DNA of 64,000 nt, from positions 1 through 64,000 of the IMG/VR virus record IMGVR_UViG_3300020413_000004. One strand, given 5' to 3'. Below the pieces are notes generated by a model that made no database searches, was not told the DNA's origin, and was given only the letters and a program-made list of their open reading frames with translations. Positions 16,724 to 26,830 of this stretch are shown here, in pieces; within the stretch, counting starts at the first letter, position 1, and the number at the start of each line of letters is the position of its first letter. This stretch comes from a virus. Its lineage: Duplodnaviria > Caudoviricetes. Made by a program: the position numbers and the translations under genes.

Positions 16724-17213
16724 ATTTTTTCTCCAACTTCTTAGCTTTTTTTAATGACATGTTCCATCTAAGTTTACTAACTCTATCCTTAAATGTAACT
16801 CCTTGCAAATGATCCCATTCATGTAAAAATACTTTTACACTATATCCTGTTATATGAGAACGTTTCTTTTCTAAGTTTTCGTCATACCATTCTGCAAGTA
16901 TTTCTTTAGGCCTTTCGACTTTGACATATACATTTGGAAAACTTAAACAGCCTTCTAAATCTTTGACCTTTTCTTCTGTGTGTTGTAATACAACAGGATT
17001 AATACAGATTGTTGAATCCATCTTGTCTCCGCCCATTACAAACACTTGTTTATTTAATTCAATTTGATTAGCTGATAGTCCAACACCTTTTTCATCGAGC
17101 ATCAATTCTACCATCTGTTCTTTTAGTTCTTTTGGATCAAACCCTGGATTCTCAATATCAACTAGATCTACTTTTGTGTCTAAAAATTTATTTGGGTAAT
17201 ATATTAGTTTCAT
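16716..17213 (-). CDS. def: peptide deformylase
   Basis: GVGLSANQ, EGCLS, HEWDHLQG. Confidence 0.95.
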   Translation of the reverse strand: MKLIYYPNKFLDTKVDLVDIENPGFDPKELKEQMVELMLDEKGVGLSANQIELNKQVFVMGGDKMDSTICINPVVLQHTEEKVKDLEGCLSFPNVYVKVERPKEILAEWYDENLEKKRSHITGYSVKVFLHEWDHLQGVTFKDRVSKLRWNMSLKKAKKLEKKFA

Positions 17214-17569
17214 ATGCTTCCTTGTTGTCTTATCTGTGTTGCACTTATACTTTCTATTTCTTTGTCTAATGTCTCTTTAGTAATACTGTAACCAACATCT
17301 CTGCCGTATGTAATATTTGTTATGTTAGGCACTTTAATTACAACAAATTCTTCACCATGCGTGTATTCTTTTTCACGCAAAGCATTTATTATTCTTGTAG
17401 TGACTTCAAAAAAGTTAAGAGGATCAGTATCTGATCTAGGCATTTCTCTTACCATTATACAAACCTGTCCAGTTTTTTCTAAAGCCTTTTCGAACAATTC
17501 GGTATGGCCATTATGCCACGGTTGCCATCTGCCTAACATTTGTACTGTTGGTTTGCTCCAATTAAACAT
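17210..17569 (-). CDS. HxGH nucleotidyltransferase (NadM/cytidylyltransferase-like)
   Basis: GRWQPWHNGH; C-terminal ISATQIR. Confidence 0.8.
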   Translation of the reverse strand: MFNWSKPTVQMLGRWQPWHNGHTELFEKALEKTGQVCIMVREMPRSDTDPLNFFEVTTRIINALREKEYTHGEEFVVIKVPNITNITYGRDVGYSITKETLDKEIESISATQIRQQGSI

Positions 17570-17987
17570 TATTTCTTTCCATATAATTTTTTACAACGTC
17601 TACAAGTTGAGCATGTGTATCATTAAACCATTCTGCAACATGGTAATCACACTTGCTAGGACTTTCAAATATAGCATTTGTGTCTACGTATCTTCCTTCT
17701 TTAATAGTATCCATCCATACAGTATAATCAGGGTTGAAAGTTTTTCTTGCTTCTTCTGTTGGACATACAAAGTCAGCAACTGCAATCTTTCCTGCAAGTA
17801 TGATGCCGTCGGCTATGTAGCTCATACGTTGTGCTTGTATAACTCGGCCATCAATAGTAAAGTTATAGTCGTTGTATTTTTTTCTAACTTCATCAGCATT
17901 GATATGTACTCCACCTATAAGATCAGCAAAGGGTTTAGCTAGTGTAGTTTTACCACTTCCTGGTAATCCAAATATTAAAATTTTCAT
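17562..17987 (-). CDS. P-loop kinase, adenylylsulfate kinase-like
   Basis: GLPGSGKT, INADEVR, FESP. Confidence 0.75.
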   Translation of the reverse strand: MKILIFGLPGSGKTTLAKPFADLIGGVHINADEVRKKYNDYNFTIDGRVIQAQRMSYIADGIILAGKIAVADFVCPTEEARKTFNPDYTVWMDTIKEGRYVDTNAIFESPSKCDYHVAEWFNDTHAQLVDVVKNYMERNNV

Positions 17988-18682
17988 AAGTTACTTTCTC
18001 TCGCTACGTCTTTTACTAGCTTTACATCATTAGGGAGTCTATTAAATCTTAAAGCCCAATGTTCAGGATCCATAATATTATATATAATGCCTAGCTGTTC
18101 TTCACTAAACTTAGACATCATGTCTTTGCCACTTGCACAGTTTAATACTAGCCACGGAGAAACCTTTCCGTCTTTAATATTATAAACAGCCCTGTTTAGA
18201 CTTACATGGTTAAAATAATGATTCCACGGTGCAGGTCTATTGGATTCTGACCATTCCATCATTGTCATTATGCTTCGTTCTAGTGCAGTAGTAACATCTT
18301 CTTTTTTAATTAGCTCAACTGCATATTTTTCATATAGTTCTTCTCTACACCAATGATCAAGTTTTACTCCACTAGTAACTACATGATCTATATATTTTTC
18401 AGGATACAAGGGTTTGACATTACTTATAAAAGATCCAAACTTAACAAATGCATTATAGTAAGGAGATTTACAAAAGTCTTCATATGTCTTATCTTTTTTA
18501 GCATTGGCACTTAGTTTATAAAATTGGTTAAACGCATACATACCTAACTGGACACGCTTCTCATTTTTTTGTAGGTGTCTTCGTTTTTGTTCACACATGT
18601 GTACTGCAAGTGTCTTTTCTTTTGAAAATCCTGTGCCGCAGTATTCACATACATATGGTTTATTTCTTACTTTCAATTCCAT
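17984..18682 (-). CDS. hypothetical protein with N-terminal zinc finger
   Basis: YVCEYCGTGF...LAVHMC. Confidence 0.7.
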   Translation of the reverse strand: MELKVRNKPYVCEYCGTGFSKEKTLAVHMCEQKRRHLQKNEKRVQLGMYAFNQFYKLSANAKKDKTYEDFCKSPYYNAFVKFGSFISNVKPLYPEKYIDHVVTSGVKLDHWCREELYEKYAVELIKKEDVTTALERSIMTMMEWSESNRPAPWNHYFNHVSLNRAVYNIKDGKVSPWLVLNCASGKDMMSKFSEEQLGIIYNIMDPEHWALRFNRLPNDVKLVKDVARESNL

Positions 18683-19115
18683 GTTCTTCGGCTAACTCTT
18701 TAAGCTCTTTTGTTGTAGATATGCTAACAAGGTTTTCCATCTCGTCTAGTTTCATGTTCGGATATATCCGACTTAGTAACTTTACTCCATCATCATTTGT
18801 TTTGGAGCTCTTTTTCTTAAATCCGATCCACTGGTGAAACTGTATTTTGCCTGTGTTCCCTGCTTGACAAAGCAACTGCCACATAAGTTTCGAATGCTTT
18901 GAAACAACCATATAATCTTTATTATAATATTCATTTGTTTTAAATATTGCAAGTTCTTGATCCTCCCTATTACCGTTAACACTAGAGACATATCTATTTA
19001 ACAACCAAAAGCTAACTTGTTTACGTTCTTCATTATCTAGTTCATCCCAGACAGACTTGGCACCCATGTCTACAGCCGCTAGTATATCTTTTATTGGAAG
19101 TCTTTTTTGTGTCAT
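18660..19115 (-). CDS. clamp-loader small subunit-like (T4 gp62)
   Basis: FWLLNRYVS and FHQWI motifs; size; replication context. Confidence 0.55.
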   Translation of the reverse strand: MTQKRLPIKDILAAVDMGAKSVWDELDNEERKQVSFWLLNRYVSSVNGNREDQELAIFKTNEYYNKDYMVVSKHSKLMWQLLCQAGNTGKIQFHQWIGFKKKSSKTNDDGVKLLSRIYPNMKLDEMENLVSISTTKELKELAEEHGIESKK

Positions 19116-19333
19116 TAGTGTAGTGTCTCTTTGTTATAGTCTATATTAGCTGTTTCAGAAACTGTATCCATTAAGTTTTGAAACTCTTCCTGCGTCAATA
19201 TTGTTTTATATATTTGTGTTGCACATGCTTGAAATATTCCTGCTACTGCCGATGGTGGAGCATCTTCTAATAATTCTGTCATAAGCATATGTACTTTCAT
19301 ATGTGCTTCTATAAATTTTGTGTCTTCATCCAT
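19115..19333 (-). CDS. hypothetical protein
   Basis: 72-aa ORF packed in the operon. Confidence 0.6.
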   Translation of the reverse strand: MDEDTKFIEAHMKVHMLMTELLEDAPPSAVAGIFQACATQIYKTILTQEEFQNLMDTVSETANIDYNKETLH

Positions 19334-19971
19334 TCATCTACATCCTCTGGCGCATTAATTTCAATACATTTATTAGGTACATATGCAACGCCGATCTTCT
19401 CTCCATTCTGTAACCATCTTAACTGTTCTAACTTTTCTATACGTTCTTCTTTGTAAATTTCTGCATTCATGTATACATCAGCCATTTCTTTTTTGTATCC
19501 GTAAACGCCTAGATGGTGTACACCATAGTCTAGACTGGCCCTACAAAACCAATGTGCTTCTTTACCGTTTGTTATTAATTTTACTGTGTTTGGGTCCTTC
19601 TGTTTTTCTTCAGGCATGTCAGTAAAAATAGTAGCTACTTTGTAATTGCCTAGCACTTCTAAAATAGAAACTATCATGTTAGGTGCAATGTCAGGCATAT
19701 CTCCTTGAACATTTACAAACTGATCATATTCTAATTTATTCATTACTTGGCAACAACGTTCTGTTCCGTTATCAGCATCGTCGGTCATTATTGCATTAGG
19801 AATAATTGATGCTACTCTTTTACTATCAGTAAGCACAAATGTATCCAAACCTGATTGCACACATTTATTATAAACATGTAAGATGAGAGGATACTTGCCA
19901 ATTGGCTGAAGCATCTTCTCAGGAAAGCGAGAACTTTGTATTCTAGCGGGTATTAGTATTGCTGTTTTCAT
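19309..19971 (-). CDS. kdsB: CMP-Kdo synthetase
   Basis: IPARIQSSRFPEK, GTER, VNVQGD, HLGVYGY, EKLEQLRWL. Confidence 0.92.
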   Translation of the reverse strand: MKTAILIPARIQSSRFPEKMLQPIGKYPLILHVYNKCVQSGLDTFVLTDSKRVASIIPNAIMTDDADNGTERCCQVMNKLEYDQFVNVQGDMPDIAPNMIVSILEVLGNYKVATIFTDMPEEKQKDPNTVKLITNGKEAHWFCRASLDYGVHHLGVYGYKKEMADVYMNAEIYKEERIEKLEQLRWLQNGEKIGVAYVPNKCIEINAPEDVDEWMKTQNL

Positions 19972-20734
19972 AATTATATTTTACTATATCTCCTACCACT
20001 TTGTCAAGTGTTTTGAGTGGAATCATATTAGGACCATCACTTGGTGCATTATCAGGATCCTCATGTACTTCCATAAAAAAGTTTTGTATCCCTAGTGCCG
20101 ATCCTGCTCTGGCAAGTCCGGGAACGTAGTTTCTGTTTCCACCAGATGATCCACCCAAACCACCTGGTTTTTGAACTGCATGGGTAACATCGAATACAAC
20201 ATTATTATAGTTCCTAAGCATATATTCAAGACCAGTAAAGTCAACAACAAGTGTGTTATATCCAAACGTAGTTCCCCTTTCTGTTATCCAAACCTCCGAA
20301 GCATCTGTACATTTTTCTAATATACCTTTCATATCCCAAGGAGCAAGGAATTGTCCTTTTTTGATATTTATGATCTTCTTTGTTGCCGCGGCATGCTTTA
20401 CGAGATCTGTCTGTCTGCATAAAAATGCAGGTATCTGTATAATATCAATAACATCAAAGTAAACTGTTTGTATTATGTTAATGTGTTCTTTTTCATGCAC
20501 ATCAGTAAGCATCTTAAATTTTGGAAATGTTGCTTTAATTTCTCTAAAGTCTGATAAAGTTTGATCTATACCTACTCCGCGTTTAGGGTTATCACTAGAT
20601 CTATTTGCCTTATCAAAACTTGCTTTAAAAACGTAATCAACATTGTGGTTATTGCAAACACGTTGACATTCACGTGCAATAGTCATCGACTGTTCTAAAC
20701 TTTCATGCTGGCATGGTCCTGCTATAATTCTCAT
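19943..20734 (-). CDS. kdsA: Kdo-8-phosphate synthase
   Basis: IAGPC, FKASFDKANRSS, QIPAFLCRQTDL, KKGQF, ERG, DVTHAVQ, SDGPN. Confidence 0.95.
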   Translation of the reverse strand: MRIIAGPCQHESLEQSMTIARECQRVCNNHNVDYVFKASFDKANRSSDNPKRGVGIDQTLSDFREIKATFPKFKMLTDVHEKEHINIIQTVYFDVIDIIQIPAFLCRQTDLVKHAAATKKIINIKKGQFLAPWDMKGILEKCTDASEVWITERGTTFGYNTLVVDFTGLEYMLRNYNNVVFDVTHAVQKPGGLGGSSGGNRNYVPGLARAGSALGIQNFFMEVHEDPDNAPSDGPNMIPLKTLDKVVGDIVKYNYENSNTNTR

Positions 20735-21273
20735 TTGTAGTCCTTTGTTAGTGCTATATCAAGTTTACCTCTGTTGTGCGTCATGTGTTCTATACGGGCT
20801 GGTATAATTATTTCAATTTCTCTTTTCCACCAATCGCTAGAGTTTAAACTTATATGAGCGTTCCGCCCGTCTTGTAATACTTTCCTTGCTGGATTAGTAT
20901 CTATTCTTAACCAAATAAATTTATCTGCAAGTGCATTAATATGTTGTAATACATTTGTTACATACTCTGGTTCAATATGTTCTAATACATCATTTGAAAA
21001 AACTAAGTCATACGTTTGTTTCTTTACAGAACTGTATTCTATAACTGCTGGATCATAACCTTGCCATTCAATATTAGGATATTGATGTTTGTTATTTTCT
21101 AATATAGTTCCTTTACCACAGCCATAGTCTAATGCTGTTTTAGGTTGCCACTTATCTACATAAGAATGAAAAAGTCCTAATGGCTTGACCTTTCCGCCAA
21201 AGCCTCTAGGACGATCTCGTCTTGCATGTAACTCTTTAAGCTGAGTAATATATTCATTAGAATACATCTTCAT
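20731..21273 (-). CDS. class I SAM methyltransferase
   Basis: LDYGCGKG; YDLVFSNDVLEHI. Confidence 0.85.
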   Translation of the reverse strand: MKMYSNEYITQLKELHARRDRPRGFGGKVKPLGLFHSYVDKWQPKTALDYGCGKGTILENNKHQYPNIEWQGYDPAVIEYSSVKKQTYDLVFSNDVLEHIEPEYVTNVLQHINALADKFIWLRIDTNPARKVLQDGRNAHISLNSSDWWKREIEIIIPARIEHMTHNRGKLDIALTKDYK

Positions 21274-21536
21274 CTTTCTATGTCATCCTTTACAACATCA
21301 AATAGCACTAATAACCTTTGTAATTGTTTTTTTATTACAGGGTGCTTTTCTGATGCTAACATAATAAGTTTCCATTTGTCATAGCTTACAATGCCCATTG
21401 CTTCTGCAACAGCGTCTGGTTCTCCTCCAATAACCCATCTAGGTATAGAGTTATGTGGTGGATCTCTGTAGTTAGCATATACAACTCCATTTGCTCTAGT
21501 ATAGATAAGTGCTTGACCCGGTAATAAGTCTGACAC
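21270..21536 (-). CDS. hypothetical protein
   Basis: ORF in operon. Confidence 0.65.
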   Translation of the reverse strand: MSDLLPGQALIYTRANGVVYANYRDPPHNSIPRWVIGGEPDAVAEAMGIVSYDKWKLIMLASEKHPVIKKQLQRLLVLFDVVKDDIER

Positions 21537-21540
21537 TCAT

Positions 21541-21888
21541 TTAGACCTTTGTTCCTACTGTACGTCTCACAATATCATTGTGATTAAATTCAGCCCAGTA
21601 AAGTTCAAATGCAACACCATCTTCTAATCCTTCAAACTGATGTATCTTTCCTGGCTTGACCTGGGTAAAGTCTCCTGCATTAAGTATTGTCTCATCCACT
21701 AGACCATCTTGATCGTCTTGCCAAACACGTACTAACATCTTTCCTGATTCAACAAAAAACCCATTCCATTTAAATTGATGTTCGTGTTCACTACATTTAA
21801 AACCTTTTTTATATTCAATACGATGAAATTCTAAAACACCGTTAGCATGGATCAGTTCTGTTTGACCCCATATTTTTCCAGCTTTCAT
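21541..21888 (-). CDS. cupin-domain protein
   Basis: KIWG, CSEHEH, PGKIHQF. Confidence 0.8.
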   Translation of the reverse strand: MKAGKIWGQTELIHANGVLEFHRIEYKKGFKCSEHEHQFKWNGFFVESGKMLVRVWQDDQDGLVDETILNAGDFTQVKPGKIHQFEGLEDGVAFELYWAEFNHNDIVRRTVGTKV

Positions 21889-21899
21889 ATCATTACTCC

Positions 21900-22412
21900 T
21901 TATAGTAGCTTTCCAAAATCGATACATTCAAGTTGCCTTGAAATATCTTTTACAAAAAATGCACACAATGGATTGTCTCCTTCTGTAATAGGAACTGACA
22001 ATAATTGTCCGTTCTTCATCTTAGGAAAGTACCATTTTACATCATTGTAAAAATTTGTTATCTTAACTTCTGCATATTCTGCTTGATAACTTTTTAAAGG
22101 ATTAAACAGAAACGCATCAAATCCTCTATCATTCAAACTTGTTAGTGGCAATACTTCTAAATCGTTAAACGATTCTATATCACCTACGGCCATGTGCCAA
22201 TCAACTGGCATCATTACTTCGTGGCCTTTTATATCCATAACTATTGCCGGTGAACTAAAACTTTCTAAAAATATTAAAGGAATAAAAAAGAAATCTGGTT
22301 CTTTGACATCTGAATTATCTAATACACTGAATCTTAAGTCTTCTTCTAGTTCGTCCGGTAAATTATTTAGATTATAACTTTTATTATCTAATGTTAATAT
22401 TCTCATGTCCAA
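21900..22412 (-). CDS. hypothetical protein downstream of UvsW
   Basis: 170-aa beta-rich ORF. Confidence 0.7.
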   Translation of the reverse strand: MDMRILTLDNKSYNLNNLPDELEEDLRFSVLDNSDVKEPDFFFIPLIFLESFSSPAIVMDIKGHEVMMPVDWHMAVGDIESFNDLEVLPLTSLNDRGFDAFLFNPLKSYQAEYAEVKITNFYNDVKWYFPKMKNGQLLSVPITEGDNPLCAFFVKDISRQLECIDFGKLL

Positions 22413-23860
22413 TCTACCTTTTCAATTGTGAACGGGTACTGCGCCTCTTTGTAAAACTTTTTACGTTGTGTTAGGTGCCGCTTCGCAAACTTACAAGTTG
22501 ATGTAAGGTCCCATATCTGTACGAAGTCTTTATCTTTTGCCTTTCTTACGCCTCTACCAATACTTTGTATTACACGAACAAATGATTTTCCTGGCTCTAT
22601 AAGCACAAGATTGAAGATGCGTGGAATATTAATTCCCACTGATGCAACTCCGTAAGTTGCAATAACCACATGATTTGTCCCTTCATTAATTTCGTCATAT
22701 GCTTCTTTTCGATCTTTTAATTTTACATCACCCTTTACAAATGATGACCCTGGAATTAAATCTTTTAGCTTTTCACCAGCAGATATTCTATCAACAAGTA
22801 TTAATGTGTTGCCGTCTTTTTTAATATTGTTTAGTAATGAGGATATGTAGTCTAGTCTCTTTTCATTTGTTACTAGATATTTTAATTCTGATTGATAGTC
22901 TCTGTGTGCCACAGTATCTATCAGTTGTACTATGTTTACATGACAGTTGGATAACACTCCTTTATCTTGTAATTCTTTTGCTGTAACTTGTCCTATCACT
23001 GGACCGATACTAGCATGTATACTTTCAAATTCAAATTTTTCTTTTGGTATTGTACCTGTCAATCCCCAACGTATTGGTGAGTTGCGTAAGTTTTGTGTTA
23101 ATAACTTTTTTAAAATTTCAGCTTTTGCTTGATGTACCTCGTCAATAATTATTGTACTAACATCTTCAAGAAACTCTGCAAGACTTAATACTGCACTTCC
23201 ATCTTTAAACTTCTTATCTAATATGTTTAATGATTGCCAAGTACATATAGTATGAGTCTTGCCTAGTTCTTTTCTATCACCAAAGTATACACCTACATCC
23301 AACCCACAGTTAATATAATCTTCCTCTGTCTGCGTGACTAGACTTTTATTTGGAACTATTACCAGGCTACGCCCGTAGGTTTCTGTCAAGTTGCTTAAAG
23401 TGGCAGTAATAATAGTTTTACCGGCTCCGGTTGCGACTTCTTGTAAGGATTGGGGATTTTCTAAGAAGTTATTGATTACCTCTACTTGATAATCACGCAA
23501 ACGAATTTTTTCACCCTCAGCAGGATGTCCCTTTGGCCATGTTTTATCTCCCCAATAATCTTCAGTTACCGATTCAAAAGTTATATCTATTGTATTTCTA
23601 TGATCTTGAATATCAACTATTTCAACACCGTTTTTTTGTAACACATCACTAATTGTATCTAGATGATTAACATATCCTGTACCACCAAGACCAAAGAATG
23701 CAACTTTGCCATCCCATCGTCCTAATTTGTATTGAGGCATATATCTAGCATAAGGTACTTCAAATTTAAGACTATTGGATAGCTTTCTCCGTACATCTAG
23801 TTCTAGTCCTTCTAGCTTTATATTCACTTCATCCTGTATAATTAGTTTACATGTTGCCAT
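22403..23860 (-). CDS. uvsW: SF2 DNA helicase UvsW
   Basis: LRDYQ, ATGAGKT, DEVH, GLTGT, QSIGRGVR. Confidence 0.9.
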   Translation of the reverse strand: MATCKLIIQDEVNIKLEGLELDVRRKLSNSLKFEVPYARYMPQYKLGRWDGKVAFFGLGGTGYVNHLDTISDVLQKNGVEIVDIQDHRNTIDITFESVTEDYWGDKTWPKGHPAEGEKIRLRDYQVEVINNFLENPQSLQEVATGAGKTIITATLSNLTETYGRSLVIVPNKSLVTQTEEDYINCGLDVGVYFGDRKELGKTHTICTWQSLNILDKKFKDGSAVLSLAEFLEDVSTIIIDEVHQAKAEILKKLLTQNLRNSPIRWGLTGTIPKEKFEFESIHASIGPVIGQVTAKELQDKGVLSNCHVNIVQLIDTVAHRDYQSELKYLVTNEKRLDYISSLLNNIKKDGNTLILVDRISAGEKLKDLIPGSSFVKGDVKLKDRKEAYDEINEGTNHVVIATYGVASVGINIPRIFNLVLIEPGKSFVRVIQSIGRGVRKAKDKDFVQIWDLTSTCKFAKRHLTQRKKFYKEAQYPFTIEKVDWT

Positions 23861-25074
23861 TATATTTTTTCAATGTCCTGCTTACCCCACGGCAACTCAA
23901 TATCTGTGTAGTGAATTACTAAATCACAACTATTGAGATATAGTTGAACATTCGAACTTGTTCTACTATTGCCATATAGTATAGTTACTTCTGGTAACCA
24001 ATTACTTGTTATAAGAGGTTTAGGAAGTTTATTATTATTAATATACACTATTTTGGTATCTTTGTCAAGTGGAGAATTCAATTTATTTTTCTTCACATAT
24101 GAATTAAATTCGTATCCTTCTTCTGCATCATTATCTAATCTAAACATCACACTTATGTTATCATCAAATATTATATTTTTAAATGATTGATGTGTGTTGA
24201 TTAATCCGTCTAGTTCTTGTCCTTTAGGTAACACAATAGCAACTGGTAATCTATATAGTTCTAAAATAGATTCTACTATATTATTAAATGTAAATTCTTT
24301 GTTGTCTATATAAATTGCTGTTTTAGTTCTGCCTACAATCCTTTTAGTAAGTGGTTGTAAGTTAGCAATGCTTCTTTGTAATTCTATATCGTCAAAATGT
24401 TTTAGTCCTAAAATATTTTCTCTATCTTTGTATGCGGCAAGGTTTTCTAATGAAGGTTCTCCAATAGCACTTATAGCATAGTCTATTGCTTTATCATGCA
24501 AGTTCTTTATGGTTAATCCATATATGCCTGGAGCATGATTTTCTTTATTGTTATCCATTTCTTGTAATATCCTGTAAAAGTCATTTAATTTTTTTTCAAT
24601 AACAAAATTACAATCAATTAATCTGCCTACAATTGAGTACACATTACTATCTGAAAATGGTATAAAATGTGTTTTAGATCTCTTATCATATTGTTTTTTT
24701 GGTTGTAAAGATTGCAGAAAATCTATATGTTTTATCATCTTTTTACTAAAAGGAAATCTTACTGCAATATATAATTCGTCATTGTTATTAGCTATAGTGA
24801 CAGTTTTACTTCTATCAATTTCTCTTAAGGGCATCCTTAATGTATCTAAATCTTCCTCAAGATTTGTTAAACTGTAAACATCAAACTGTTCTTTGTATTC
24901 TAACAATTTTCTTTTTGTTAGTTCGTGTTGCCTGTTAGTAAGAGGTGTTGCCTGAAAAGTTTGCCTAGCCAAACTATTAATAAGCGTCTGATCTCTTGCA
25001 TGTAAGAAAAACTTTTTTTCTATGTGCTTTTCTGAGAGACCTGCTAATAATTCTAAATAATCTTCTACATACAT
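23860..25074 (-). CDS. hypothetical protein
   Basis: 404-aa ORF; promoter TTGACT-N17-TATACT at 25081-25109. Confidence 0.75.
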   Translation of the reverse strand: MYVEDYLELLAGLSEKHIEKKFFLHARDQTLINSLARQTFQATPLTNRQHELTKRKLLEYKEQFDVYSLTNLEEDLDTLRMPLREIDRSKTVTIANNNDELYIAVRFPFSKKMIKHIDFLQSLQPKKQYDKRSKTHFIPFSDSNVYSIVGRLIDCNFVIEKKLNDFYRILQEMDNNKENHAPGIYGLTIKNLHDKAIDYAISAIGEPSLENLAAYKDRENILGLKHFDDIELQRSIANLQPLTKRIVGRTKTAIYIDNKEFTFNNIVESILELYRLPVAIVLPKGQELDGLINTHQSFKNIIFDDNISVMFRLDNDAEEGYEFNSYVKKNKLNSPLDKDTKIVYINNNKLPKPLITSNWLPEVTILYGNSRTSSNVQLYLNSCDLVIHYTDIELPWGKQDIEKI

Positions 25075-25091
25075 TAATATAGTATACTTGA

Positions 25092-25943
25092 TTATAACTC
25101 AGAAGTCAATCGTTTTAACGGAAGTCCTGCAGAAATTTCTTCAACGGTCCATTCGGTATATGCAAGATCATTTAGCCATTGTGTCCTATCTGGCATCCCT
25201 GGATCAGTAATGCTTCGCAGTGAATGATTAGCTACATCCCATGCTAAACTGTCTGGTCCTACAAATACAGGTACTCCTTGCATAACTGCGTGTGTAGCAG
25301 GGTTACTTGACCAATTAACAACAGCAAACGCATCAGATATATCAAAGTCAAAGTCGTCATATGTGCCTTCTATCTTACGAGGGTGTTGTATTTTTACATT
25401 AGGAAATTCAAATTCTATGCCAGTTACTGGATTTCGAGGATGAGGTCTAACTATTATTTGTCTTGATGTATGTTGTCGTATTTCTTCTATGCAACCATAA
25501 ACCCAAGTTGGAACTGTATGCTGATTCCTCCACTGATGGCTTTTGTTGTGCTGGCAAGCGATTATTATTGGTCCTTGTTCATTGTTATATTTCCAGGGTT
25601 TGCATTCAATGCCTAGTGATATTACTCTATCGTCAGGCATGCCGGTTGGTCCAAAGTATGCTTCTCTGTTAATACCGTTTAGTGCTACTTTCCAAGTAAC
25701 ACCTCTATTGATACCGCCTACTTCTAGTACAATTATCTTTTTATTTTCTTGTCTAGCTCTGTCCCATACATCTTTGTTTCCAGCCATACGCCCGTACCAT
25801 AAAACGCTCCAAATAACATGCACATCGCCGTGTATATCGTTATAAGAAACATCATACCCACTATCCCTAAGGCTAGTAGCAAAAGCGTCAAAAATAGGTC
25901 TAGAATTAAGAGCACCATGATTAGTCCATAAACTGAATTTCAT
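25092..25943 (-). CDS. KpsS/KpsC-like (capsule synthesis) glycosyltransferase 1
   Basis: IIVRPHP; VVNWSSNPATHAVMQGVPVF; WLNDLAYTEW. Confidence 0.65.
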   Translation of the reverse strand: MKFSLWTNHGALNSRPIFDAFATSLRDSGYDVSYNDIHGDVHVIWSVLWYGRMAGNKDVWDRARQENKKIIVLEVGGINRGVTWKVALNGINREAYFGPTGMPDDRVISLGIECKPWKYNNEQGPIIIACQHNKSHQWRNQHTVPTWVYGCIEEIRQHTSRQIIVRPHPRNPVTGIEFEFPNVKIQHPRKIEGTYDDFDFDISDAFAVVNWSSNPATHAVMQGVPVFVGPDSLAWDVANHSLRSITDPGMPDRTQWLNDLAYTEWTVEEISAGLPLKRLTSEL

Positions 25944-25981
25944 TATTAAATACCTTGTACTGTATTTACAAGGAAACCATT

Positions 25982-26830
25982 ATGTCAGACATACTCGTGA
26001 TAACAACATTTCATCAACCCGGATTAGATGAATATGGGCAAAGATTTATAGATAGTTTTGCACAAAGAGTCGACAAGCGTATTAAGCTAATAGTATACGC
26101 AGAGTCTTGTACTCCGAACAATCCGGACCCTCAGCAAATTACAATATTTGATTCCTTTGACGCTCTTCCAAAGCTAAATGCTTTTAAAAGTAAATGGAAG
26201 GATATTCCAAAAGCCAACGGAATTCCGCCAGATGATATAAAAGCTAGGAGACCAAAAGACCATCATAAAAAGTTTAAATGGGACGCAATCCGATTTGCTA
26301 ATAAAACGTATGCTGTATACGATGCATATGAACGAGGAAATGATTGGGTAGTATGGATGGATGCAGATACATATGTACACTCTGATTGGTCCTATGAAGA
26401 CTTTAAAGCACAACTACCAGACAACACATGGATCACATATGTAGGTAGAGGCAAAGGTTCACAAACTTGGCCAGAGTGTGGATTTTATGGATTGAATGTT
26501 AACAATCCTATATGTCAAAGTTTTATGAAAGAATTTGAACGTGTATACGAAGATGCAGACAATGGTATTTTTAAAATGGAAGAATGGCATGATAGTTTTG
26601 TGTTTGGTACTATACTAAATGAATATAAAACCAAGCACGAGAATTACTTAGACTATAGTGCAGAGATGTATTTACGGACAGCTAAAACAGGAGGAGGTGG
26701 ACATCCTTTGATTAATAGTGTATTAGGAAAATGGTTAGATCACATGAAGGGTGTGCGTAAATCAGAAGGTAGAAGCAGAGATAAGGACCTTATAGTTGCA
26801 CGTACTGAATCTTATTGGGCTGGACAATGA
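25982..26830 (+). CDS. GT-A glycosyltransferase
   Basis: WDAIRFANK, WMDAD (DxD), ECGF, WHDSFVF, HMKG. Confidence 0.75.
   Translation: MSDILVITTFHQPGLDEYGQRFIDSFAQRVDKRIKLIVYAESCTPNNPDPQQITIFDSFDALPKLNAFKSKWKDIPKANGIPPDDIKARRPKDHHKKFKWDAIRFANKTYAVYDAYERGNDWVVWMDADTYVHSDWSYEDFKAQLPDNTWITYVGRGKGSQTWPECGFYGLNVNNPICQSFMKEFERVYEDADNGIFKMEEWHDSFVFGTILNEYKTKHENYLDYSAEMYLRTAKTGGGGHPLINSVLGKWLDHMKGVRKSEGRSRDKDLIVARTESYWAGQ

Noticed and set aside
21900-22412. Stand-alone intein/Hint domain after uvsW
   Set aside because: Beta-rich, but lacks the N-terminal Cys/Ser, the TxxH block and the terminal His-Asn
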